The notes under the pieces are model-generated. The model searched no databases and had not been told where the DNA came from. It saw only the letters and a program-made list of their open reading frames with translations. 64,000 nt of DNA. It comes from Heterodontus francisci. Lineage: Eukaryota. This document shows, piece after piece, positions 25,951-38,109 of this stretch. Within the stretch, counting starts at the first letter, position 1. Every line of letters starts with the position of its first letter. The stretch covers positions 96,451,613 through 96,515,612 of the forward strand of contig NC_090381.1 of NCBI RefSeq assembly GCF_036365525.1. The letters are read 5' to 3'. Made by a program: the position numbers and the translations under genes.

Positions 25951-26014
25951 CTTTGACTACCCTTTTTCTTCATGTAATCATAAAAACTTTCTGTGTTAAT
26001 CTTGTTATCCCTCA

Positions 26015-26290
26015 CAAGTACAGCACAGAAGGAGGCCATTTGGCCCATCCTGTCTGTGCCAAACTCTTTGAAGGAGCTAACCAATTAGCCCCACTCCTCT
26101 GCTCTTTCCTCATGGACCTGCAATTTCTTTCTTTTCAAGTATATATCCAATTCACTTTTGAAAGTTGTTGCTGAATTTGCATCAAGTACCAATTCAGGCA
26201 CTGCATAACAACTTGCTGCATTAAATAAAAAGTTTCCTCATCTCCCTTCTATTTGTTTTGCCAATTAACTTAAATCTGTGTCCTATTGTA
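26015..26290 (-). mobile_element. CR1 3' end fragment
   Basis: ACAGCACAGAAGGAGGCCATT is the reverse complement of the CR1 3' tail. Confidence 0.65.
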
Positions 26291-26474
26291 GTTTTCCCTC
26301 TGCTACTCTGGAGCCAGTCATACATGAGATGCACAATGACAATCCCTGCCACATGAGAACCATTTATTAATAAATATGAGGCATAAGTAACACAAAAAAC
26401 AAAAAAATGTACTTGTCAGTGTTTATATAGTAGGAAGTATGAAATAAAAATCCTAAGCTAATGGTACTTGCTTT

Positions 26475-27476
26475 TGTTACACTAACGGATGGTTGATGTT
26501 TGCACCGGAACTAGAGCAGGTGCGTTAACGTGAAAAGAAAACGAGATATGAACCCCCAGACCAATTTTAAGAATTACACAAGATTTCATGTTTTAAAACT
26601 TTTTTGTATCAGCAAAACTAAAAGAAATCCCCAATTAACTGAATCGTACTTTTTAAGTAGCTGATATCCTAAATTACGAAGAAAGGTATTTTCTTTACTT
26701 ATTAAAATAATTGAAAACTGCACACCATATTTATATGTTACACAGTCTTTTTTGATGGTGAAATCCTTTGTGGTTAAAAGTCCCAAAGTCCTCCCAGTTG
26801 CAACGGGTTGGATTTTGCAGACCTTTTCAAAAATCAATGTCCACTTTGCTCACTTCTCTGACCTGGACATCTGTGAATAAGCTGATTCCTGGTGATCCTT
26901 CTAGTTTTCTATTTCTCCATGAGCTTCAACTTTCAAAACAGGTTCACTTGGCTTCCGAGAACAGGTGTTCCTTCTCTCCTTCGGGCTACCATAACTGGTT
27001 GTTTTCCTTTCTTACAGCCTGCTGTGAGGCTGCAACCGCTGAGCCCCCTTCTTACAGTCTGTCTGCCTTCAGAAAGTCTGTTAAATTTTATCTGGACTCA
27101 AAAGTCAAGAGCTTATTGTACTGTTCCAGTATGCAGAGTCCAGAAGTCTGGTTTCATAGAGCCACTTGGCCTTCCATTTTTCGCGGGTGTTAACAGTTGC
27201 CTGGTACATTGCAGCTTCCGAATTACCGACTCCTTGTTTTAGAACCTGAAAGTGTGGGAGGGAAAAACCCTTGTTCTTCAGGTGCTAGCTAAGCAGTCTC
27301 TGTTTTTCAAAAGAAAGTCTTTGATCTGTGTTCTCTGGTGTCCTGGAACTCTGGTGTCCTGGAAACCAAGACTTCTGTCTTGTCCTCACAGACTGGAGGT
27401 GAGGTCACCTGACCTTACAGACTCCATCTTAAATTTTTAAAAATCACAATTTTTAAAACATAATCATGTTATAACA
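26475..27476 (-). mobile_element. Solo LTR-like element, ~1 kb
   Basis: Inverted termini TGTTA…TAACA, non-coding; no TSD found. Confidence 0.5.
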
Positions 27477-27560
27477 CAGGATACTCATGAAGAATTTGAT
27501 GCTAAACTTAGGCATTTTGACTACATTCTCGCCTTGATCGTGGCACGTGACCAACAATTC

Positions 27561-28930
27561 AGTGGGGAAAATGCTAGAGTCCATTATAAAAGATGTAATA
27601 GCAGAGCACTTGGAAAACAATAACAGGATTGGACAAAGTCAACATAGATTTACAAAAGGGAAATCATGACAAATCTACTGGAATTTTTTGAGGATGTAAC
27701 TAGTAGAACAGATAAGGGAGAACCAGTGGATGGGGTGTATTTGAACTTTCAGAAGGCTTTCGATAAGGTCCCACGTAAGAGATTAGAGTGCAAAATTAAA
27801 GCACATGGGATTGGGGGTAAGGTGCTGCCATGGATAGAGAACTGGTTGGCAGACAGGAAACAATGAGTGGGAATAAACGGGTCTTTTTCCGAGTGGCAGG
27901 CAGTGACTAATGGGGTACCGCAGGGATCAGTGCTAGGACCCCAGCTATTCACAATATATATTAATGATATGGACGAGGGAATTAAATGTAACATATCCAA
28001 GTTTGCAGATGACACAAAGCTGGGTGGGAGTGTGAGCTGTGAGGAGGATGCAGAGAAGCTCCAGTGTGATTTAGACAGGTTGAGTGAGTGGGCAAATACA
28101 TGGCAGATGCAGTATAATGTGGATAAATGTGAGGTTATCCACTTTGGTGGCAAAACAGAAAGGCAGGTTATTATCCGAACGGTGATAGAATGGGAAAGAG
28201 GGAGGTGCAGTGAGACCTAGGTGTCCTTGTGCACCAGTTGCTGAAAGTAAGCATGCAGGTGCAGCAGGCAGTTAAGAAGGCAAATCGTACGTTGGCCTTC
28301 ATAGCGAGAGGATTCAAGTACAGGAGCAAGGATGTCTTGCTGCAATTATACAAGGCCTTGGTGAGACCACATCTGGAGTATTGTGTGTAGTTTTGGTCTC
28401 CTTATCTGAGGAAGGATGTTCTTGCTATGGAGAGAGTGCAGCGAAGGTTCACCAGACTGATTCCTGGGATGGCAGGACTGATATATGAAGAGAGATTGGG
28501 TCGATTAGGCTTGTATTCACTAGAGTTTAGAAGAATGAGAGGGGATCTCATAGAAACCCACAAAATTCTAACAGGACTGGACAAACTAGATGCAGGAAGG
28601 ATGTGCCCGATGGTGGGGGAATCCAGGACCAAGGGTCACAGTCTACGGATAAGGGGTAAGCCATTTAGGACCGAGATGAGGAGGGATTTCTTCACCCAGA
28701 GAGTGGTGAACCAGTGGAATTCTCCATCACAGAAAGCAGTTGAGGCCAAATCATTAAATATATTCAAGAAAGAGTTAGATATAGTTCTTAGGGCTAAAGG
28801 GATCAAGGGATACGGGGAGAAAGCGGGAACAGGGTACTGAGTTTGGATGATCAGCCATGATCGTATTGAATGGTGGTGCTGGCTCGAAGGGCCGAATGGC
28901 CTACTACTGCTCCTATTTTTCTATGTTTCT
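27561..28930 (+). mobile_element. CR1 LINE 3' half
   Basis: [47 protein letters not shown]; TTTCTATG tail. Confidence 0.93.
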
Positions 28931-29649
28931 AATTCATGATCTGAGTCATTGGAGATTTGATGGTGGGAATATACTTCCCAATACCAATGACAACTTTAGT
29001 AAGAATTACTGGGAAGTAGAGGAAGAAAAATACCTTTTGTGATCCTGTGAGTTAATGAAAAAAGATAGAAAGTTTTGGGAAGGAGGGAAGACAGAATAAA
29101 CAACCACATATTGCAGTCCACCACATTGTACAATATTTCATAACTGAGAATAAGAGGTTTTGGAAATGAAAGATGAAATTTACTTACATCTTAAGTAAGT
29201 TTAGTAAAGTGTGGGGTAGGTGGACATTATTACAAATAGTGCAATAGTGAGGCCCTGCATCTTTCATCATCAGTACAGTGTGTAATATTTGCACCTTGCA
29301 CTAGTTATGTGATATATTGCTTCAGTAAATCTACAAGGCTGGGTAAACCACTGTCATATTTAGGCTGAGCAGGTCTGCAGTAAAGGGAAAAAATGTACTC
29401 TAGGGTCCATAAGCAATACTTTGGCTGATCTTCTAGTATAACTTATGTATGTTGAGAACAGCAGAGGTCCCGTACTTCTGTCTCGATTTATCCTGTAGTC
29501 AAGGTAATTTAGTTAGTGTTATTGCCACGGTTTATAAGTTAGACTATAAGGCAACATATTATTTCCACTTTTATCTCAAAACTTTTCCAATTTCATACCT
29601 TGCAAAATGCATTGTGAAAGACCAAATATAGAACATCGAGCACACTATT

Positions 29650-30180
29650 ATCACCCAGCAGTTCTGCTATACGATTATATAAAATCAACACATTTGTTAG
29701 GCATCACCTGTCTTTCATAAATCTGTGTTGGCGTCAATATTCTTGCCTTTACTTTTGTTTAATGTGTTTGAATTGCTTCCATCATAATAGAATCCAATTT
29801 GCTTCCTGCTGTAGGTAGTGAAGGCAGAACATTTTCTGAATAATGCACCAGACTTGGTTTTCTTTTAAAAGGCAATTTCTGACATTCATTCTGTATTTAA
29901 TGAGCTGCAAAAATTTTCATCTATAACTTCCACTACTTCCACTCTCATTTCCTTAAGTATTTTTGGATTCATTCCATGCAGTTCTGCTACCTTATGAAAA
30001 TTGTCGTCGTGCAGGTTTTTTAAATGGCCATTTCACTGCTAATCTCTATTTTCTCCATGAGTTAAGATTTATCTCATTTCTTCCCGCTATTATAAGGGGG
30101 CACAGCAATGGTTTCTGCAGCACAGACTGATGTAGGAAAAAGTTAAATGTCTGCTTTCTCTCTCACTACCTCACTTTTAA
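29650..30180 (-). mobile_element. Highly degraded CR1-like fragment
   Basis: Residual similarity to the reverse complement of CR1 RT N-terminal sequence. Confidence 0.35.
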
Positions 30181-30989
30181 TACCTTTTGGCCTCATTAAT
30201 GTTTAATCAGGTTAATTTTATTCAGTGCACAGTAGTGCACTAGGGTAAACCTTAGAAATAATAAGTTAAAATTTCTGGTTGGAAACTCCAGTGATCCTAG
30301 TCCTAGAATTCAGCTCAACCATCATTGCATTCTGAATTGGATTTATTTACATCGGCCAAAAATTAACAAATTAATTTTTAGAAGAGCTAACTGATAAGAG
30401 GAACTTTGATTTGTAAACATCGGTGTTCTATGACTGATTTTCTAGTCTCAGGTTCTTTGCTTTTAGAGCAGGAAGGATTAGAGATCAGGAGCAGCCCTGG
30501 CTGGAATTAGGCCTGTCTTATAAGAGTGCACAGAAGGGCAAGAACTCCAAGAATCCCTGCCAAAAATTCATTAAATTGGTCGATGCCACATCTGGCCTGT
30601 ATCGAAAGTGCAGCTGGTGCTGAGAGCCAGAATGTCAATACAGATTGCATCTACTGGGCCCCAGTTAAGGTACTGGGACTCTATCAATAAAGTACAAAAT
30701 GCCATTTCCAAAGAATAGGAACAGGTTCATGTGACATTGTGAGGTTTACTAACACAGGCTTTGTATGTCAGTTGAGAAGATACGATGTTCACTGTACAGA
30801 AGAAGATGGTTATCCAGATCAAGAAAGTAAGCTGCTGTGAAACATATTCTAAAGGATATCACTAATCTATTATTCATGTTACAAAGCGAACTGACCTCAC
30901 CTGACATATTTTGAAGGACAACCAATATTGCAGAGTTTAGTAAGTCAGATAAATAATTGGAACCCACTTTTACAGAGGGTGGAGAGTTT

Positions 30990-31695
30990 GGCCGGAATTT
31001 TACCGCACCCCAACGAGTTGGATGGTGGTGGGGGGCGGGAGTGGGTGTGGCGTAAAATTGAGCGGGAGACTCCAGGAGGCCTTTCTGGCCCGCTCCCGCC
31101 TCCGCCCCACTTTATGTGGGCTGGGGAGATGGCGGGGGGGGGGGGGGCCAGAAACAGGCCACTTAACAGGATTTCACTTAACAGGATTTTACCCATGGCA
31201 AGCGGGCATCTGGGAGACATGAAAGGCCAATCAGTGAAACCTGGTGACCTCTCAGCACACCAGGGGGGTCCTGGACAAACGGGTACAGGGTGCCTGATTG
31301 AGGGCCGCCCCCGCTTCTGCAACCATCCCCAGGACGCGCCCCCCCTCCCCCCCAAACGACCATCCGCGCCTCGCCAGGCATGACCGATCTCCCTGGCGAG
31401 GCAACACTTTCATACAGTCAGTCGTGGCTCCATGTCCTCGGCTGGGATGCAGTCCCAGCAGTGGCCACCGCTCCTGGTGGTGCTGCTGGGACTAAGAGCT
31501 GCCGCCCCGATGATTGGCCGGCAGCTCCATGAGGTGGGACATCCTCCCTCAAGCGGATGGAAGTTCCGCCTTGGAACAATTAAAGCCCGGGGACCCGTAA
31601 AATACAGGTCAGATCCCCGGGCTAGGGGAAGCGGGTTCGCCACTGACTTTTACGTCGGTAGCCAGCTCCCGTCCGCCCGGTGTAAAATCCAACCC
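30990..31695. mobile_element. GC-rich MITE (Harbinger-type termini)
   Basis: Ends GGCCGGAATTTTAC and GTAAAATCCAACCC; CpG-rich interior. Confidence 0.7.
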
Positions 31696-31769
31696 TATAT
31701 TTTTAATTAGATAATTCAGCTATACTTAGCTCATTGAAATATTCTTTCATATTCTGGAGAGAGAAGGGA

Positions 31770-31997
31770 GTTACTGAAAAAGAGTGGTTAGAAAGTTGGA
31801 CTTGCTACCACGAGGGTCAGTTGAGGCCAGTAGTACAGATGCATTTAAGGGGAAGTTAGATGAAGGAGAAAGGAATAGAAGGTATGCTGTTAGCATCAGA
31901 TGAAGATGGGTGAGAGGAGGCTTGTGTGGAGCATAAACACCAGCATGTATCAGCTGGGCCAAATGGCCTCTTTCTGTGCTGTATATTCTACGTAATT
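31770..31997 (+). mobile_element. CR1 3' end fragment
   Basis: AGAGTGGTTAGAA…GATGCATTTAAGGGGAAG…GGCCTCTTTCTGTGCTGT. Confidence 0.65.
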
Positions 31998-32024
31998 CTA
32001 AAAAACCACTTAATTGTGTTGGTC

Positions 32025-32335
32025 ATAGAATCACAGAATAATACAGCACAGAAGGAGGCCCTTCTGCTCATCAAGTCTGTGCTAGCTGTTTTGAAGATCA
32101 ATCCAGTTAGTCCCACTCCTTTTCTCTTTCCCCATATCTCTGCAGTTTTTTTTCCCTTCAAGTATTTATCCAATTCCCTTTTGAAAGCCCTTATAGAATC
32201 TGTTTTCATCACCCTATCAGACAGTGCATTCCAAATCCTAACCACTCATTGTACAAAGATGTTTTTCCTCATGCCGCCTCTTTGGCTAACCACCTTACAT
32301 CTGTGTCCTCTGGTTATCAACCCTTCAACTAATTG
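32025..32335 (-). mobile_element. CR1 3' end fragment
   Basis: ORF 31988-32245 contains VRIWNAL…FKRELDKYL. Confidence 0.75.
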
Positions 32336-32890
32336 ACAGGCTTGGCTTCCAGTCAGACAGGGTGAACTCTGGAGCAGGCAGCTTGGCCAGGTAGGTCTGA
32401 TCCACAACCTGAGGGTGGGGTGGGGGGGGTGGGGGAGTGTCGCGGGGAGGGGGTAGATCTGATATTGGGAGTGGGTCTAATCTCTGACCTCAGGGAAGGG
32501 GTCCAATCCCTGACCCTGGGGTGGGGTATGATCTTTGACCAAGCGGGTGGTCCAATACGTTAGGGTCCGTTCCACAACCCTGTAGAATCCAAACCCTGAG
32601 CCCAGCCAACACTGCATCACATTTAAAGAGCACGTTCAACACAGAAGATAAACCACTGCAGTTACTCATCTGCTGACAGTTTTGAACACTTAATTTACAC
32701 TGTGTTTAATGCTAATGAAATATAATTTTAAACCAAGACATTTCAGCAGCTCTCCATACTTGGGTTCGTTCTCATCTTTATGTGCTGTTTTATGTTATCA
32801 ATGTGTTTCCCAGGAGATGGAATGAATGCTAGACAGATAATGTATAATGAACACCTGGGAGTGAAAGAGCATAATGGATGTTTCAGCGTG

Positions 32891-33050
32891 CTTACATGGG
32901 AAGTAATGGATCGTTGGAAGTGACCAGTAGGAAATTAAGATTCACAAAATATTACAAGCCATAAAAGCAGACTATAAGTGATTTATAATTCTCATATGGA
33001 CCTAAGCATAAGATTACTGGTTTGAACTCATTCCAAGATGTCTTTTTTTA
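32891..33050. repeat. Copy A of a locally duplicated ~160-nt non-coding block
   Basis: About 70% identical by hand alignment to 33936-34097, with one short indel. Confidence 0.8.
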
Positions 33051-33596
33051 TACTGCGTCCTGTTAATATTGACAATGTGGATAAAGTGGGAACACTAGCC
33101 CTTAATATTGCACTAACTATGTACATACTATGGGTATGTGATGACATTTGCAGGAAGGGTTAGCAATTCTGATGCCACTGCTATAGACCAGTTAAGGAAT
33201 AACCTGCAGATACTTGCTTGGAAATTCTGTACAACACATCCAGCAAAGATTTTAACATAGAAAATAGCACATTATTAGTGGAATAGGTTATCAGTGACAT
33301 TTTAAGCCTCTGTTTTCTTCAGTTCTCTCTCTTCCCCCTCCCACTCTCTCCTGACAGAGAGCTGGGGAATGGAGTAAGCATCTGGCCATTTTGAATAGCT
33401 GTTTCTTTCTACACTGCTGCACTGATCCACAGAACTAAAGAAAAATATCACCATTATTTATTGAATGGTGCAATAATGACAACTAGCAAAAAGGTGCTGA
33501 AATTCTCAGTAACACTTCATAAAACCAAAGAGTTTCACTGTTGCTGAAAACCTTTCAAAAGTTCCCTCACATAACGAGACATTTGTTCTTAGTTAA

Positions 33597-33680
33597 ATAA
33601 AAGCAAAATACTGCAGATACAGGAAATCTGAAATAAAAACAGAAAGTGCTGGAAACACTCAGCTGGTCTGGCAGCATCTG
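33597..33680 (-). mobile_element. Penelope-type short repeat fragment
   Basis: AAAAGCAAAATACTGCAGAT…GGAAATCTGAAATAAAAACAG, as at 51126-51200. Confidence 0.65.
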
Positions 33681-33935
33681 GGAAACTTCCCCAGCAGCAT
33701 GACTGCACCAGGAAGTTGTCCCGATGCAGTCCCATTTCACCGGCCCATCTGCCTCCCAGCCTATTGCTCCGAGGCTGGGAAAATCCAGGCCTTCTGTTTT
33801 GGAAGAGGTCAGTTTTTGTGCTTGATGGTTCCTGCGCTCACACTGGTGACCTTTGTAATTTTCAAAATGTGTTCTTAGAGTGACAGGGGCCTCAAGGGTG
33901 CAATATCCAAGACAGCAGCATTATCACCCGAACAT

Positions 33936-34097
33936 CTTACGTAGAAAGTAATGGATAGTTGGAGGTGATTGATAAAAAAAATTAAGGTGCACCAGATATT
34001 ACAGGCTATGAAGGTAAAGCACAACTAGTTCATAATTATTACACAGGCCCCACTATAAGATTCCAGCCTTGAATTCATTCCAAGGTGTCTCTTTTTA
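33936..34097. repeat. Copy B of the duplicated block
   Basis: Shares CTTAC, AAGTAATGGAT, AAATTAAG, ATATTACA, ATAATT, ATAAGATT and TCATTCCAAG with copy A, in the same order. Confidence 0.8.
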
Positions 34098-34509
34098 AAT
34101 TGCATTTAGCATTTAACATCTGTGGTGTAAACACAGATTGTAGAAATCTTTGTGTACATTTTTTTTTAAATGAGATGGTGCTAGGAAGGATATTTCCCAA
34201 ACAGATCAGTTTGTTTATCCCTCACCTGCATGAGTCTAATCATCCTTTTTAACTGCAGTAGAACACTCTCTAAAACTAGCCAGCTCTGAAAAGCTTCAGT
34301 AAATGCTACAACTTTAAAAACCTACGAAGGATAGGAGAAGATACTGTGGTAGCTGAAAAGTAAACAGAGACTAACACAAGTACAGTCCAGTAACAGGGAA
34401 TTGAGGATAGTGGGCTGATTCAAGGAGTTATCCTGTATATCATCTTTGAAATAACTTAACTGTCTACCCATTATTTCTTAATAAAGTAAAGTCATGCTAC
34501 TAGATAAAG

Positions 34510-34785
34510 TAATATGGGGATCTGGCTCGTGCTGTGGCTAAGAACATTGTTCTAGTCCCTCTGGAATTGCATCTAGCCTGGACTGATGAGGTGCAAGTCA
34601 CTTCACTCTGGCCACGCTTGTAGGGAGCATGGTTCATAGGAACAGTGCCTCGCTTCTATCAGTGCTGCTTTCAAGGGCAGCTTCCTGCTGGGAGCACATG
34701 ATTAACAAATTTACCATGTAAAGTGAAGTGGCTTTGGGTAGTCTTAAGTCAGTTTCCAGTGTGCATTAATCCACAGCAAAACAAA
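34510..34785 (+). mobile_element. Possible ancient LF-SINE-like remnant
   Basis: Weak resemblance to the LF-SINE body as recalled (…GTCAGTTTCCAGTG…TCCACAGCAAAAC); not verified. Confidence 0.3.
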
Positions 34786-37169
34786 AGGACATTATTCAGT
34801 GCTAGCAAATTGGCAGACGATAGTAGAGAAATGGAAATATCAAATAGGTACAGAGAGAGATGTTTTTAGAAAGGTGAGACACATTGTTGGGCAGAGAACT
34901 GAACAGAACACAATGATTGATGCTGACATAGATTTCCAAAGTGGAAAAATGTCCAGCACTTACATCACTCGTTCTGATGAGCACAAAAATATAAGCCAAA
35001 GGGATAGGAATGGACAGGCCTGTGTGGTCAAATCACATTTGATGCTGTGACTAAGTGCATATGAGTATCTGATTTCCGGTCTTTTGCGTTGCCAATTCAA
35101 GCTTCCTTCTAATGCTCCTGGGGTTTGTGTTTGGGGGTCACTTTGGTGCCAGCTTTTGGACTCGGTACAATGAAGGCACTGTACCTAAGCATGGCTGGAG
35201 GCAACCTGCTTCTATACAACTTGTCCTTTACGAACGTAATGTTTCGGACTCCTATTTTGACTTTTTGTCACTGTTTTCATGTACTGAAGGGTAATTCTCA
35301 TAAAAGTATGACTGCCAAGAATCAACTCACACGTTGTAATTTCATGCCTGAACTAGTCAGTATAGACTTAGATTTTCAACTTCTGCATTAACGACAATAA
35401 TTCACAGGAGGCTGAAACAGCCAACCTATTACAAAATGCAGTTATGCCTGGACACGCTGTAAACTGCTGTGTATCTGAATTGTGCTGTGCATGGAACACC
35501 TCCGATAGATAATGTTCTGAGGCTGCATTGCCAACTGTGCTGTACTTTTTTCCATCTAGGTTCTGCCAACCCCTCATGATTTAAAAGTTCCTAATAAGCA
35601 GGGAGGTTGAATGTTTTTTTTAAAATCAATAAGCAGTCTGATTTTAAACATCGAACCACTAGGGCTCAAACAATATGGTACACTCTGCCTGTGCTGCAAT
35701 TCCTGAATGAAATATGCAATAAAAACAGTGACTATTTGCTCCCACATTTGCTCCCAGGATTTACTGAGACATTTTGGTGAAGTTGCAATGGACAATGTGG
35801 GACAGCTGACTCTTTTCAGGAATAAACATTGAAGGTTCAAATACAGGACTTGGATCAGAGAGTGAGGCTGCCTGGAGTGAAATGTCAACCTCCTTTGTCA
35901 GCAGAGTTTCAAAGTGCTTGAACAGAGGCAGAAAAGATAGTGAATGGTGTCTCCCAGGTCCATAGCATCTGTATACAAATATGATTGATTTTTGAATGAA
36001 ATAGTTGAATCAAGAGAGCAATCAGTGCTGAAGTCATTGTTGACACCTTTGCACAGTTTATGGACATTGGATATCGTCTGCATGGTGCAAACCAAATTTG
36101 TCAGTAACAGAATCTGCAGGGAAGTAACCATGCAAAGTATCCAAATAAATCTTGCCCTTTTTCTGCACAGTTGGCAAAAAAGCCTCAGGACACAATTTTA
36201 GCACAGCACACAAACAGCTTGCATGGTGACATCTCAATATTGAAAGGGATGTTCTGTGCATATTTGTCACCAGAATCTGTACTGGACTCCACTCACACAA
36301 AGAGAGAAGTGCCCTGGTCACAAAGCTCGCTGTCTGTCTGGGTGTTCTGCCAACTGCTAACATTTGGATGTCTTGTCTGTGTTTCCAGAAAAAGTCTTTT
36401 TCCACCACAAGCGAATGATTCCAAAAGTACATAAACGATGGTTCTAAAAATTAAAATAATAGGCTACTTATATATTTATGGAGCTACACTCGATAAAATA
36501 AAGTTCCCCTGATTCTGACCATTTGACTTTCAATGGCCCATGCCCCTGTTGAAAGGTACAGGAAATATCAAGTGAGGGATGTTATTCTATGCCAAGGGAG
36601 CAAAGGTGGTCATCCTAGCTAGTCATGTGTACCTACAGGGATGGGCAAAACTAATTTTTATTGGAGCAAAACTCTAAAGCTCAGAGGGAAAATAATTTTA
36701 TTTTGTTTTTTAAAGCCACCTTTATGTGTGGCTCATTCATACAAGGCACGCATCCTGGGTAGTAAAAAAACCCAAAAGTTATTATCTGGGTTAACACACA
36801 TTTTTGGTGTAGCTTTTAAACTGAGCAATAAAGGTACAGCAGCAGAGTATTGCAATTCATTTTATATCTTAATATCTAAACAAACTGCATTACCAATGCA
36901 GAATTATTTAATGCAAATGCTGATCATCTCGTTCCTAGTCAGACACAAGGCTTTTCCCCAAACTAAGATGTACAGCGGCTTTCCTTAAGTCCTTAATTTA
37001 CAAAGGGTCAAAAAATACATCTACTGCAGATATTCTCTGCTGAGAATAATAATAACATTGGTAACATCTTACCACATCACCAACTCAACTTCACATCTTT
37101 TCTTCCACCAACAATAATGCATAAATGAAGTGTTCTATTTGCAAGTATGTTTCCCAGCTTCACTGCCAT

Positions 37170-37360
37170 AGAACAGAATCATAGAATGACTCAGCACAGA
37201 TACAGGCCACTTGACATGGATCTGTTCTGGCATCTTTTTTGTCAATATGAATCACTCAGTCCAATCCCACTCTCCTGCTCACTCCCCACTGCCTTTAATA
37301 TTCTTCTTTCTCAAGTGACTACCTAAATCCATTTTTAAAGTGTTGATGGTCTCTGCTTCT
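37170..37360 (-). mobile_element. CR1 3' end fragment
   Basis: ATCATAGAAT…CAGCACAGA…AGGCCA is the reverse-complement CR1 tail. Confidence 0.55.
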
Positions 37361-37597
37361 TCCAGATTTGATTGACAATGAAAGCCACATGAGTGGAATA
37401 CAGACTTTAGCAGTAATAAAAATCTAAACCGCCTCCCAGTAATGGTACTGTATTATCTTTTCTTAAAAAAAATACCCAGCTGTGAGATTTTGTGACAGGA
37501 TGCTCACCTATGTGCTGAACAGCCACTTATAGCCTATCAGCTGGCAGTGCCCCCAGGGTGGATGTACTGTGTGACGTAGGCAGAACATAAAGAGGGA

Positions 37598-37619
37598 AAG
37601 AGAGAGAGAGAGAGAGAGA
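37598..37619. repeat. (GA)n microsatellite
   Basis: Direct reading. Confidence 0.9.
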
Positions 37620-38109
37620 AAAATAATGACTAAATGTCTCAAATACAAATAAACAGTGGACTGCTCTTCAGTTTCTATTGTAGCGGCTTTTCTAGGCGTC
37701 TGAGACAACATTACACATCCACCCTGTGCTGTCTCCTGCTATTTAAAAATCACACTATTCAGCCTCACTCTTAAAGGGTTGCTGCTCACCAGTAAGGAGT
37801 GCAGCATTTTTGATCAGGCAAAATAATTGGTCTGCGCAATATTAATGGTTACTTTTTCTCAGAACTTGTATAAGTGTGCCTTGGGAAAATGTGTGCATGT
37901 AGGAATATTGAGAATATTCACCCATTTCCTGAATCTGGCTTGGTGGTCCTGCTGCAGGAGGTGCAGCAAAAAAAGGCAGCACTCTTTAGAGAAGAAGAGC
38001 ACTCTCCTGTGGAAGCAAAGGTGGAAGCTATGTAAACAGAAGTAGCACAAATAAGAATGATGTTTTTTGGTACTGGAAAGAGTGGCACTTTTGCAGACAT
38101 TCTGGTATG

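Larger units (their letters stand above)
20260..26010 (-). mobile_element. Old CR1 LINE fragmented by nested insertions (LINE, Penelope-type fragment, Harbinger, SINE)
   Basis: CR1 sequence is collinear across 20260-20756, 21093-21660, 24962-25635 and 25951-26010; it includes MDVVYMEFQKAFDRVPH. Confidence 0.8.

Noticed and set aside
30851-30859. Perfect U12 donor match ATATCCTTT on the gene strand inside the intron
   Set aside because: A 9-mer of this class is expected by chance roughly once per one to two introns of this size, and there is no convincing upstream exon.
30928-31710. Overlapping Pro/Gly/Arg-rich ORFs and CpG-island-like composition (also 39456-40279 and 58034-58683)
   Set aside because: Explained by GC-rich MITEs; no evidence of genes or promoters.
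32934-32981. Codon-like substitution pattern between the duplicated blocks (IKIHKILQAIKADYK* versus IKVHQILQAMKVKHN*)
   Set aside because: The frame is broken by a 2-nt indel upstream, has no shared start or acceptor, and similarity continues past the stops.
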